A stretch of 64,000 nucleotides of DNA. It comes from Laetmonice hystrix (lineage: Eukaryota). The translations under genes and the position numbers were made by a program. Location: positions 5,022,001 to 5,086,000 of the forward strand of contig OZ249437.1 of NCBI GenBank assembly GCA_965235115.1. The letters are read 5' to 3'. Below the pieces are notes generated by a model. That model saw only the letters and a list, made by a program, of their open reading frames with translations. It was not told the DNA's origin and did no database searches. Positions 1 through 12,455 of this stretch are shown here, piece by piece (the stretch's first letter is position 1; the number at the start of each line of letters is the position of its first letter).

Positions 1-282
1 CGGAACTGAAGGTTTACAACTACCCCCCGTACATATGAAAAGGACCGTCTTTCGGACCAGTACTTTATGGGCCTTTAATGATTTTCCTCTCCCAGTAGTC
101 GCCAGCCATTTATAACATCAAAAGGTCAATGAAAATTAAAGTTGGAGACAAATCACAAATGAGATGACATTAGTGAGTCCACTGGAATGAAGTGCTAATT
201 GTGCTTCACAAGGAGACAAAGTAAAAATACGCTAATCTATCCATGTTTATGTTATTGTCTGGAGTTACCCATAGACCATCAA

Positions 283-388
283 GTCATGATTGCGCTCCTG
301 TCTCTCCTTCTGTCCTTCCTTGATTGGTCGTGTATGTCATGATTGCCCTCCTGTCCCTCCTTCTGTCCTTCCTTGATTGGTCGTGTAT
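283..388. repeat. 53-bp tandem repeat x2
   Basis: Unit gtcatgattgc(g/c)ctcctgtc(t/c)ctccttctgtccttccttgattggtcgtgtat. Confidence 0.9.
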
Positions 389-565
389 CCGTATCGAATG
401 TGAAGGGCAGTATGGAGTTAGCCCCGTCAAATGACGGTTCCCCCAGTCTGGTGTTGCCTGCTGAAGTTCCCATATTGATTTAGGTGTATGGATCCAGTCT
501 GGGGAGGGGGGGGGGGGTGGCAGTCGGTGCAACCAACTCTCTATAACGTTGATATCAGCGAATCT

Positions 566-876
566 CAATTCCTGATACCAAATTCTACATCCAACTAACA
601 CTGCCATAACAAAACACAATTCCTGATACCAAATTCTACATCCAACTAACACTGCCATAACAAAACACAATTCCTGATACCAAATTCTACATCCAACTAA
701 CACTGCCATAACAAAACACAATTCCTGATACCAAATTCTACATCCAACTAACACTGCCATAACAAAACACAATTCCTGATACCAAATTCTACATCCAACT
801 AACACTGCCATAACAAAACACAATTCCTGATACCAAATTCTACATCCAACTAACACTGCCATAACCAAACACAATT
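566..876. repeat. 51-bp minisatellite x6
   Basis: Unit caattcctgataccaaattctacatccaactaacactgccataacaaaaca; source of the 17-aa repeat in ORF 284..961. Confidence 0.97.
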
Positions 877-2364
877 TAGATTTTTTATCCTGGCAGTTTG
901 TCCGTGATGGACGCTGATCATCCGATCTCCAGCACGCTGACGGTGACGTCCGATCTACCATAGTATAGAGTATAACCAGCTAGGTATTGTAGCGATGTTA
1001 GCATAAACAGACTCCCTTCCTATCTGTCTGGGCTTTATAAAGCATAAAGACATATTTCTGAACTATTCCAGGTCCTTGACTACATCCAAGGATTTATCGA
1101 CGCTGACAAATAGTTGTTTGAATAGATAATAAAAACCTGATGTATATCCTAATTAGAGATAAAACTGGTCCATCTAGGCACATGTGTGATGCCTTCAAGT
1201 CCTTGTGACCACTGCCAGAGCCTGCCTGCTTCAGCCATTTTCTCTGCACTCAGCAACCCTCTCCGCCTTGCTGGCTTTGTCTTGGATCACCTCTGAACCT
1301 AGTGCCCCTCGCCTCCCTCACCCCCGGGGATGCGGATCAATCCCTGCAGCACTCCCAGGTGTGTAAGCGGCTTGGTGATCCACAAACAATGGATCCAGGT
1401 GGGTTGTACCTGGGCTACCGACCTGCCATAGATCATTACAATTGTCATCCTAAAAGGCACGAAATGAAAATAGGAGAAAAATGACGATGACCCAATTGTT
1501 TTGTACTGACTTGGCCACTACAACTTGACGTTACGAGCCAGAGCTCCATGGACACCGGCATAACTCAAGATAATCTCGACCACTTCAGGCTGGGCCACCA
1601 TGGAAACCGAGGTTAATCAGATTGTGTGTGAGGCGGCATCCTAGCAATATCTGCCAACTCGAGTCGCCGCCCTGGGGGAAGGACACAACCCATGGTATAA
1701 TGGACCCAATCTGCGCTCCTTAAAGCCACTTCAAATACATGACCTGCATAATTATTCCGTCAGTCTTACAGACAGTTTGCTCAAACCGCAGGAGTCCATG
1801 GCACTGGGCAATGAACACTGCAGACTCCTTGTCAGCAGATTAGCCTATCTGCAGTTAAGCTATAGCTTTTACAGCAGTCTGATTGCCCTGGCAGTCTGAT
1901 TGCCCTGTGTCTCTGTCTACAGACGATGGCGCCCGCCTGCTGTGACTGGTATTTCCCGACAGTGGATCGCGTCTGTCCTGAGAATGGAAAACTGCGTGGT
2001 TTTATAGGAGTCTGGGGAGCTCCGAGTTGGAGCAGGGGGGGGGGGGCGCTAAGAGGGAGTTCTATGAACACACGTCCCTAAACGGAACTGAAGGTTTACA
2101 ACTACCCCCCGTACATATGAAAAGGACCGTCTTTCGGACCAGTACTTTATGGGCCTTTAATGATTTTCCTCTCCCAGTAGTCGCCAGCCATTTATAACAT
2201 CAAAAGGTCAATGAAAATTAAAGTTGGAGACAAATCACAAATGAGATGACATTAGTGAGTCCACTGGAATGAAGTGCTAATTGTGCTTCACAAGGAGACA
2301 AAGTAAAAATACGCTAATCTATCCATGTTTATGTTATTGTCTGGAGTTACCCATAGACCATCAA

Positions 2365-2576
2365 GTCATGATTGCGCTCCTGTCTCTCCTTCTGTCCTTC
2401 CTTGATTGGTCGTGTATGTCATGATTGCCCTCCTGTCCCTCCTTCTGTCCTTCCTTGATTGGTCGTGTATGTCATGATTGCCCTCATGTCCCTCCTTCTG
2501 TCCTTCCTTGATTGGTCGTGTATGTCATGATTGTCCTCCTGTCCCTCCTTCTGCCCTTCCTTGATTGGTTGTGTAT
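2365..2576. repeat. 53-bp minisatellite x4 (paralog of 283-388)
   Basis: Same unit; 212 bp equals 4 units. Confidence 0.95.
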
Positions 2577-2746
2577 CCGTATCGAATGTGAAGGTCAGTT
2601 TGAGTTAGCCCCGTCAAATGACGGTTCCCCCAGTCTGGTGTTGCCTGCTGAAGTTCCCATATTGATTTAGGTGTATGGATCCAGTCTGGGGAGGAGGGGG
2701 GCAGTCGGTGCAACCAACTCTCTATAACGTTGATATCAGCGAATCT

Positions 2747-3006
2747 CAATTCCTGATACCAAATTCTACATCCAACTAACACTGCCATAACAAAACACAA
2801 TTCCTGATACCAAATTCTACATCCAACCAACACTGCCATAACAAAACACAATTCCTGATACCAAATTCTACATCCAACTAACACTGCCATAACAAAACAC
2901 AATTCCTGATACCAAATTCTACATCCAACTAACACTGCCATAAAAAAACACAATTCCTGATACCAAATTATACATCCAACTAACACTGCCATAACAAAAC
3001 ACAATT
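2747..3006. repeat. 51-bp minisatellite x5 (paralog of 566-876)
   Basis: Same unit; 260 bp. Confidence 0.97.
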
Positions 3007-4375
3007 TACATTTGTTATCCTGGCTGTTTGTCCGTGATGAACGCTGATCATCCGATCTACAGCACGCTGACGGTGACGTCCGATCTACCATAGTATAGAG
3101 TATAACTAGCTAGGTTATTGTAGGGATGTTAGCAAAAACAGACTCCCTTCCTATCTGTCTGGGCTTTAAGAGGCATAAAGGTCTACATATTTCTTAACTA
3201 TTCCAGGTCCTTTACTACATCCAAGGATTTATCGACGCTGACAAATAGTTGTTTGAATACTTAATAAAAACCTTATGTATATCCTAATTAGAGATAAAAC
3301 TGGTCCATCTAGGCACATGTGTGATGCCTTCAAGTCTTTGTGACCACTGCCAGAGCCTGCCTACTTCAGCCATTTTCTCTGACTGCACTCAGCAACCCTC
3401 TGGGCCGCCTTGCTGGCTTTGTCTTGGATCACCTCTGAACCTAGTGCCCCTCGCCTCCCTCACCCCCGGGAGGGTGGGTTCCTCACCCCCGGGGAGGCGG
3501 ATCAATCCCTGCAGCACTCCCAGGTGTGTAAGCGGCTTGGTGATCCACAAACAATGGATCCAGGTGGGTTGTACCTGGGCTACCGACCTGCCATACATCA
3601 TTACAATTGTCACCCTAAAAGGCACGAAATGAAAATAGGAGAAAAATGACGATGAACCAATTGTTTTGTACTGACATGGCCACTACAACTTGACGTTACG
3701 AGCCAGTGCTCCATGGACACCGCCATAACTCAGATAATCTCGGCCACCTCAGGCTGGGCCACCATGGAAACCGAGGTTAATCAGATTGTGTGTGAGGCGG
3801 CATCCTAGCAATATCTGCCAACTCGAGTCGCCGCCCTGGGGGAAGGACACAACCCATGGTATAATGGACCCAATCTGCGCTCCTTAAAGCCACTTCAAAT
3901 ACATGACCTGCATAATTATTCCGTCAGTCTTACAGACAGTTTGCTCAAACCGCAGGAGTCCATGGCACTGGGCAATGAACACTGCAGACTCCTTGTCAGC
4001 AGATTAGCCTATCAGCAGTTAAGCTATAGCTTTTACATGAACTTTGAGGCCTGAACTCGTGCTTGGTCCAGGGCCAGATCGCTGGGCCGTAGTCGTGGCA
4101 TTCAACCCTGTATAATCTCCAATCAAAGGTCATTCAGAGATCTGTGGAGCCGATATGTTTGAATTTGTTACATTCGCCATTAGTATGGTAGAATTTGGAA
4201 ACTTAAAAAGTCCGAGGGGTGTCCTTAATCAGCATAATTAAACTAAACAACTCGCAGAGCCAACATCTAGTAACACTGCTACAAAACCGCCCGGGAATCC
4301 GTGAAATTATCAAACTTAACAAAGAGCCTAAATAAATATCTCTGCCGACACGTCTATAGGTGTCGGGAAGATTAC

Positions 4376-4443
4376 CAAAACCCGTCATGTGAGATAACAT
4401 TTTGTGACTCTGTCATTGTCGAGTCGACTTCCTGCGCCGCCAT
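4376..4443 (-). CDS. Candidate first coding exon, unknown protein (MAAQEVDSTMTESQNVISHDGF)
   Basis: ACAATGG Kozak context within the promoter-like patch; possible donor TG|GTAATC. No homology recognised. Confidence 0.25.
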
Positions 4444-4510
4444 TGTTGACCGTTGTTGACATTGACGACGCAATTTCGCACTCTGTGGAATCACATGACG
4501 TGACCATTGA
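4420..4510. promoter_or_regulatory. Housekeeping-type promoter-like motif cluster
   Basis: CpG-rich patch with ETS-like ACTTCCTG, YY1-like GCCGCCATTG (CAATGGCGGC on minus) and overlapping E-box/CRE-like TCACATGACGTGAC. Confidence 0.45.
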
Positions 4511-6338
4511 AACCGGCAAATCTCGACTGAGTTGATGGGAAGTTAGACCGACTGTCAGGCGGTGAATGGCTCTCTTCAGACTTGATGATGGGTATCATCG
4601 GAATGGAGTATTTCAAATGGCAGAGGAAGTATCCATACATGTATATTTGTTAGAACGTACACTGCGGCTGGCGGGGCGCTGTTAGCATAGGAAGAAAAAC
4701 GACGTTTGAGATGATTACGTATTGATCTGTCCGTCTGCCAAGGCCGACTGAATATTTTCATACTCACTGTCCCAACTTGGCCGCACAGAATTAGACCGCC
4801 TACGGGGAGATGGGATAGCGTTTTGACCGGCTATGTGTTTTCACAGCATTAAACTAATGAAAAGGGCCGCTGGGGGAAACCACTTTTACCGTATTCTTTA
4901 ATTGCTATAGTATGGTAAACCCTTCTATAATTTAGGCCCCTGACCGAATAGTTTTGCAGGAATAACCCCATTGTCCTCCGGGTTGTGGGGTAAGGCAGGG
5001 GTCAGGGGGTCAGCGTCTAGGCGGCCCACTTACGCAGCTGGGATCGAGTTTACAGTCATGACATCATGATAAATTCAGCTGAAGAGCGCGGCTGATTGAG
5101 AGATTTAGTGGTGTTAATAAACCTGGCTGAGACAAAGGAACTATAAAATGGGCCGTGCTGGGAATTGTATAATAAATCAAATCAGTTGCATGGAATCAAT
5201 AAATCAAATCAGTTGCATGGAATCAATATTTCATGTTACAGATACACAGCCTGCAAGGACGACAGAAGACAGAAGAAATAGATCGATAAGGAAATATTTT
5301 GTTTTACAAATAGGAATCTCCCGAGAGGAGGAACTCGCGTTGAGCTACATGTCTCGGAGGGTTTGAAGACTGGAGTTGAGCCACAATGATGCAGGATATG
5401 ATTGGCACTTCCTCATTCCCAGCCCCCCCCCCCGACAGTCACTGCAGGAGGATCGAGGCTGGAGATGCGGCCAGGCACTAGATGCTTACAGAGGTGGTGT
5501 TGGGGGTGGAGACCCACCGAGATAGAACCTCGAGATGGTGCGACTGACAGGGACTGTCGTTGTGTGACACATAGGACAAACACATAGGACAAACACATGG
5601 GACAAACACATGGGACCACTCCCCCTCCTCACCACCACCACTGCCGGGCCATTCTCACCACGGCTGGTGTTATGAAATGTCTCTACATCACCCCTCTCAC
5701 TTCAGTGAGACTGAGACAAAAGGAGAAACTAAAGAATGCCTGGTAATGTAGAAAGAGTAGGATGAATATGATGTCTGTTGTCAAATGGCCCCAGTACTAC
5801 AAATCGTGGCTTGTCACTATCGGTTATACCGAGGGTGCCAGGGCAGGGCAGTAATCCCCCCATCCGTTCCGGTACTACAAACCCTCCTAGGCGCAGATAT
5901 AGGATTAACGCAGACTTCCTGTAGTTCCTGCACACCAAACACCTGGCAAGGAAACTCCCTTTCTCCCTCGTTGTTGAAATAAATGTAGGCAACCCCGCAT
6001 ATCAGCGTCTCTCCCGGCCATTCATGCTGAGATCCCTATTTGGATAACATAATATTAGCAGCCTGCAGTCCACAGGAAGGGCATTGTACGCGGCCGTGTG
6101 AAGGGGTGAGGGTGTAAGCCTTGCACGTCTGGGGCACGTTACCCGGGGGAGATTGAGGTGACATATGGATGAGTCTGTCGGTCCATGAATACACGACACC
6201 ATGTGTAACATGGGTCTACGATCTCAGACAGGCAGGAACCGGTCCCTGGCCGAGTCATGGCATCATCGTTCTAACATTGGTCGGAACGGGCCACGCCTAG
6301 GAGTAATCGAAAACACGGTCAACCTTCCCCCTCCCGTA

Positions 6339-7213
6339 CACAGGAATCAAGGATCCTACACCCCGAAACCATGGTTAGGGTTACAGGAATCAAGGATCCC
6401 ACACCCCCAAACCTGGTTAGGGTTACAGGAATCAAGGATCCCACACCCCAAACCTGGTTAAGGTTACAGGAATCAAGGATCCCACCCCCCCAAACCTGGT
6501 TAAGGTTACAGGAATCAAGAATCCCACACCCCCAAACCTGGTTAAGGTTACAGGAATCAAGGATCCCACACCCCCAAACCTGGTTAGGGTTACTTCTAAA
6601 TCACAGGAATCAAGGATCCCACACCCCGAAACCTGGTTAGGGTTACAGGAATCAAGGATCCCACACCCCAAAACCTGGTTAGGGTTACTTTTAAATCACA
6701 GGAATCAAGGATCCCACCCCCCGAAACCTGGTTAGGGTTACAGGAATCAAGGATCCCACATCCCGAAACCTGGTTAGGGTTACATGAATCAAGGATCCCA
6801 CACCCCCAAACCTGGTTAGGGTTACTTCTAAATCACAGGAATCAAGGATCCCACACACGAAACCTGGTTAGGGTTACAGGAATCAAGGATCCCACACCCC
6901 CAAACCTGGTTAGGGTTACTTCTAAATCACAGGAATCAAGGATCCCACACACGAAACCTGGTTAGGGTTACAGGAATCAAGGATCCCACACCCCCAAACC
7001 TGGTTAGGGTTACTTCTAAATCACAGGAATCAAGGATCCCACACCCCGAAACCTGGTTAGGGTTACTTCTAAATCACAGGAATCAAGGATCCCACACCCC
7101 GAAACCATGGTTAGGGTTACAGGAATCAAGGATCCCACACCCCCAAACCTGGTTAGGGTTACAGGAATCAAGGATCCAACACCCCGAAACCTGGTTAGGG
7201 TTACTTCTAAATC
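6339..7213. repeat. 42/53-bp minisatellite (~19 units) containing GGTTAGGGTTA
   Basis: Unit caggaatcaaggatcccacacccc(c/g)aaacctggttagggtta, some units with an added cttctaaatca. Confidence 0.97.
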
Positions 7214-8998
7214 CCAGCCAGACAGACCGGACTGGATTGTAATTCCCTAGCTGTCACTTATGAAAACACAATCTGAACACAACTGATGTCTGATTTCGAG
7301 TTGGGAATCCGGCCACCAAATGCGGATGCCACTCAAACTCGCCACATCTGAAACTGTGGAATTGAAGATGTGACATGTCTCTGACGGGTTGAATGTAGTT
7401 TTTTGTGGAAACGTCACAAGTTTGCCGAAAGGTTGTTCAAATAACCCATCCATTCATGCCAACAGAATGCCCCCAATTGGTACAGTCTAGTGTTTCTCAA
7501 TGGTGCCAAATCATGGGTGGACCATTACGCCATGTCAACCTCGTGGCAAGTTTACATGCCGGCCACTGAATGGCCTTTGCATGTTGCACTCCCATTAAGG
7601 CTAAAGTTTTTTTCAATTTGTGTGTTTTGGCAGCCAGTACATGTATGTTTGTGGATGTGGAATGAGTGAGATACCTGCAGCCTCCAGCACAGCGGCCGCC
7701 GTCGGCCGTTACCACCCCTCACCCCCACCCCCACCCCCACCCCCACCCCTCACCCCCACCCCCGGAGGGAGGGCTAGGCCAGAGTCGGCATGTGAGGGCC
7801 ACGCCCTGTTTCTGACGTGCCCTGACAACCATCGCGTACACTTGCAGCCAATGCACAGCACTGGCTGTCTGGCAGCCTGCTGTCGGCTGCAGGTCGCTTT
7901 ACTCATCGCTGCCAGGCGGAGTCTGTCATCTGCAGGTCCCCTCACTACTCACTGACTAGCAGGTTCAGGACAAGACCGCTTATTGAATTATACATCAAGT
8001 ATTTGTAAATCTTTTATCTGCCTTTTCCCAGTCCCACACAACTGCCTACTCTCATCAACCTCTAACAGCACAAACAACACTGTGTCCTTGCATTCATAGG
8101 GCAGAGAAAAAACATTGCGGTAATCTACATAATATTATACTCTGCTTGCTACAGCTGGTCGTATCTGGTGTCGGCGAGGAGACAAGATCTTTGATATAAC
8201 GTTTTACAATACAAGAGTTCGTATAGTAACATTGTAAGAAAGTAAGTCTGCTTATGAACGACAACAACAGCAACTTTTTACTGTTTATCCTTTATCACTT
8301 TGCTCTGTAAAATAAAAAAATTCTGATTACTTTGCACTCGAGACAATACAAGATTCTAAGACTGATCTGTGAAGATAGTAGATACGATATCAATATTATC
8401 ATCACCGATACAGAGGGCAGTGCAGACGAAACAATAAGGAACATGGATTGAGAAAACCAATTGTGGTAATCTGTCCCCAAAGGTTGAGTAGCTGTGCTGC
8501 CCGTTCTGTCAACCCCACCCTGGCTGCGACACAGTGACACCATAATCCGAGCAGACCGGTCCAGACCATCGGAGCCATATGTAACACCACAGACCTCTAG
8601 GTCTATGGTAACACTAACAGTAGACACGTTTCACATTGGTAAAACAAGCCTGGCAACCGCAGACCGTGTTACAAAAACGGGTACCAAATGTTTCTTCTTT
8701 TACAATGAAAGTTCTCAATTTGCAATACCCGTACAATAAGCAATGGGCAAACTGATATATACCAACTCTGAAAGTGTTTATAAGATAATAAAGTCTAGAT
8801 CCTGGACATATCAATTTGTCAAATAAATGAAATCGAGCCAATAGTGATGCCATAGCAGGTGGTGGAGGGTCGACAGGGAAGTTAACTTATGGCCAAAGTT
8901 AATCTCAACCAAGCTCGATTTACTTGTCAAGACATGGCCTCAAGTGACCGTTCCAGAACATAGGCCAGTTAATCCGCGGGTTCCCTCGCATTAACATC

Positions 8999-9074
8999 AT
9001 GTGGTCAAATGGGTTTGAATACGGTCAATTACCTGTGGCGAGATTGTTGATTGATAAATGGTGGACCGTCACAG
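8999..9074 (+). CDS. Candidate exon (MWSNGFEYGQLPVARLLIDKWWTVT), unknown
   Basis: ATG-initiated open frame ending at a strong donor CAG|GTGAGG (phase 1). Confidence 0.2.
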
Positions 9075-9180
9075 GTGAGGATGGGTATACTAGAGCACAC
9101 AATCATGGGGCCCCCCTGGAGGTATGGGGTCAACTGACACCTGATCCCCATGATCTCAGCCCCGTCCCGCCAACCGGTAC

Positions 9181-9590
9181 CGCCGGCGGGGCCAGCCCCC
9201 CCCCCCCCGCCACCCCGTCCCCCCGTCCCGGCCGGCAGGTGTAGTCACAGCTCCCGGCGGGGCCAGCCCCCCCCCCCCCGCCACCCCGTCCCCCCGTCCC
9301 GGCCGGCAGGTGTAGTCACAGCCCCCGGCGGGGCCAGGGGCCCCCGTCCCCCCGTCCCGGCCGGCAGGTGTAGTCACAGCCCCCGGCGGGGCCAGGGGCC
9401 CCCGTCCCCCCGTCCCGGCCGGCAGGTGTAGTCACAGCCTCTGGCGGGGCCAGGGGCCGTCGCCCGTCCCCCCGTCCCGGCCGGCAGGTGTAGTCACAGC
9501 CTCTGGCGGGGCCAGGGGCCCCCGTCCCCCCGTCCCGGCCGGCAGGTGTAGTCACAGCCCCCGGCGGGGCCAGGGGCCCCCGTCCCCTGA
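9181..9590. repeat. GC-rich ~58-bp minisatellite, ~7 units
   Basis: Unit ggcggggccaggggcccccgtccccccgtcccggccggcaggtgtagtcacagccccc with variable C-runs. Confidence 0.95.
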
Positions 9591-9682
9591 CCGCTCCGGG
9601 CCGCATCACGCCTGGCCCCCGCCGTGGTATTTGGGTTTGGTATTCGGGTTGAGGTTAACCACCTTCTCTGTTACATACCGAG

Positions 9683-9822
9683 TGGCCGACCGTCTGCGTG
9701 CCAACACTGCCTGTGTTTATCTGGATACCCGACATGTTGATCTGCCACAACACTGGAGGACCCTGGACGACCTGCTGGAGGTCTCCATCATCAGCAACCT
9801 CCCTGCGGTCACCGCCCTGGAG
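9683..9822 (+). CDS. Candidate exon (ADRLRANTACVYLDTRHVDLPQHWRTLDDLLEVSIISNLPAVTALE), unknown
   Basis: Strong third-position C/G bias (gac ctg ctg gag gtc tcc atc atc agc aac) and donor GAG|GTACAG; the acceptor is an atypical GAG. Confidence 0.3.
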
Positions 9823-10470
9823 GTACAGCGATAAAGTCCGGAGAAACCTTGACCTACGACTTCACTCGGCGGCGGGCTGGGTCAGAGATAGTTCATAACA
9901 ATGGTAATACCCATCCTGGGCGGAGTTTGAGTGCCGATCTGACGGTCATACCAATACTGGATGGAGTTTGAGTGCCGATCTGATGGCTTCGGTTCCATAT
10001 GAATGGACTTCACGGCGGCATGCCTGTCTCACAAACAAACACTAAAATATCATTGTCACAATTGGATTCCGGCTTTGTGGCATATTCCCCCGGAAATATA
10101 TGGCGCCAAAAAGATCATTTCTTGGCAAATGGTTATTTCTTACGAGTAACAAAGATAACTTATTTATGCATTATTACTGGCCACTGGGAAACTGCTCAAC
10201 GTTTGTTGCATGTTTCCAACAAGCAGCTTTTGCCGTAAGCAGAAACTAAAATATAAAAGTCAACGGTTTGCTCAGTCCACATTTATGGCATTGACTTTAA
10301 TCCAAGAATACACATTGCATAACATTTCCTTCAGACGGTAGAAGGGCAGAGTACATGACCTTTTCCATATCTGACAGCCGGCAGTTCTTGGCAGCCGTGT
10401 CTGGTGTTGACACCCTTCAGTCGGTACACTGTGAGGTCCTGGAACAGTTCCAACAGTGGAATCTCCGATA

Positions 10471-12455
10471 ACGGCCACCTATCTCTTACCAATACCAACT
10501 ACCTCCTCAGTCGATGGGCTCACCCTGGACACATGGTCACCTATCTCTCACCGGCCCCGGCCTTACCAATACCAACTACCTCCTCAGTCGATGGGTTCAC
10601 CCCGGAACCATGGCCACCTATCTCTCACCGCCCCCGACCTTACCAATACCAACGACCTCCTCAGTCGATGGGCTCACCCCGGAACCATGGTCACCTATCT
10701 CTCACCGCCCCCGACCTTACCAATACCAACTACCTCCTCAGTCGGGTTCACCCCGGAAACATGGTCACCTATCTCTCACCGGCCCCGACCTTACCAATGC
10801 CAACTACCTCCTCAGTCGATGGGTTCACCCTGGACACATGGTCACCTATCTCTCACCGGCCCCGACCTTACCAATACCAACTACCTCCTCAGTCGATGGG
10901 TTCACCCCGGAACCATGGTCACCTATCTCTCACCGGCCCCGATCTTACCAATACCAACTACCTCCTCAGTCGATGGGTTCACCCTGGAAACACGGCCACC
11001 TATCATCTCACCGGCCCCGACCTTACCAATGCCAACTACCTCCTCAGTCGGGTTCACCCCGGAACCATGGTCACCTATCTCTCACCGGCCCCGATCTTAC
11101 CAATACCAACTACCTCCTCAGTCGATGGGTTCACCCCGGAAACATGGTCACCTATCTCTCACCGGCCCCGACCTTACCAATACCAACGACCTCCTCAGTC
11201 GATGGGTTCACCCTGGACACATGGTCACCTATCTCTCACCGGCCCCGACCTTACCAATACCAACTACCTCCTCAGTCGGGTTCACCCCGGACACATGGCC
11301 ACCTATCTCTCACCGGCCCCGACCTTACCAATACCAACTACCCCCTCAGTCGATGGGTTCACCCCGGACACCTATCTCTCACCGGCCCCGACCTTACCAA
11401 TACCAACTACCTCCTCAGTCGGGTTCACCCTGGAAACATGGTCACCTATCTCTCACCGGCCCCGACCTTACCAATACCAACGACCTCCTCAGTCGGGTTC
11501 ACCCTGGAAACATGGTCACCTATCTCTCACCGGCCCCGACCTTACCAATACCAACTACCTCCTCAGTCGGGTTCACCCCGGAAACACGGTCACCTATCTC
11601 TCACCGGCCCCGACCTTACCAATACCAACTACCTCCTCAGTCGATGGGCTCACCCCGGACACATGGCCACCTATCTCTCACCGGCCCCGGCCTTACCAAT
11701 ACCAACTACCTCCTCAGTCGGGTTCACCCCGGACACATGGCCACCTATCTCTCACCGGCCCCGACCTTACTAATACCAACTACCTCCTCAGTCGATGGGT
11801 TCACCCCGGAAACATGGTCACCTATCTCTCACCGGCCCCGACCTTACCAATACCAACTACGGTGCCTCCTCAGTCGATGGGTTCACCCTGGAAACACGGC
11901 CACCTATCTCTCACCGGCCCCGATCTTACCAATACCAACTACCCCCTCAGTCGATGGGTTCACCCCGGAAACATGGCCACCTATCTCTCACCGGCCCCGA
12001 CCTTACCAATACCAACGACCTCCTCAGTCGATGGGCTCACCCTGGACACATGGTCACCTATCTCTCACCGGCCCCGACCTTACCAATACCAACTACCCCC
12101 TCAGTCGATGGGTTCACCCCGGAAACATGACCACCTATCTCTCACCGGCCCCGGCCTTACCAATACCAACTACCCCCTCAGTCGATGGGTTCACCCCGGA
12201 AACATGACCACCTATCTCTCACCGGCCCCGACCTTACCAATACCAACGACCTCCTCAGTTGATGGGTTCACCCCGGAACCATGGCCACCTATCTCTCACC
12301 GGCCCCCACCTTACCAATACCAACTACCTCCTCAGTTGATGGGTTCACCCCGGAACCATGGCCACCTATCTCTCACCGGCCCCCACCTTACCAATACCAA
12401 CGACCTCCTCAGTTGATGGGTTCACCCCGGAACCATGGCCACCTATCTCTTACCA
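10471..12455. repeat. ~77-bp minisatellite, ~26 units
   Basis: Unit acctatctctcaccggccccgaccttaccaataccaactacctcctcagtcgatgggttcaccccggaaacatggtc with 3-nt-shorter variants; produces the 670/583/419-aa ORFs. Confidence 0.98.

Larger units (their letters stand above)
1..1873. repeat. Local ~2 kb duplication, copy 1 (left end cut by window)
   Basis: Sequence from position 1 (cggaactgaaggtttacaac) to ...gctatagcttttaca is repeated from 2083, with scattered substitutions and small indels. Confidence 0.95.
2083..4037. repeat. Local ~2 kb duplication, copy 2
   Basis: Colinear with 1-1873; differs in internal VNTR copy numbers and has an extra short cctcacccccggg duplication near 3460-3495. Confidence 0.95.

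Noticed and set aside
9824-9870. SET-domain-like IKSGETLTYDF
   Set aside because: The upstream frame lacks the NHSC motif and has no splice support.
10404-12416. 670-aa ORF as a real gene
   Set aside because: Lies entirely in a 77-bp array that is open in all three frames, with no unique domain.
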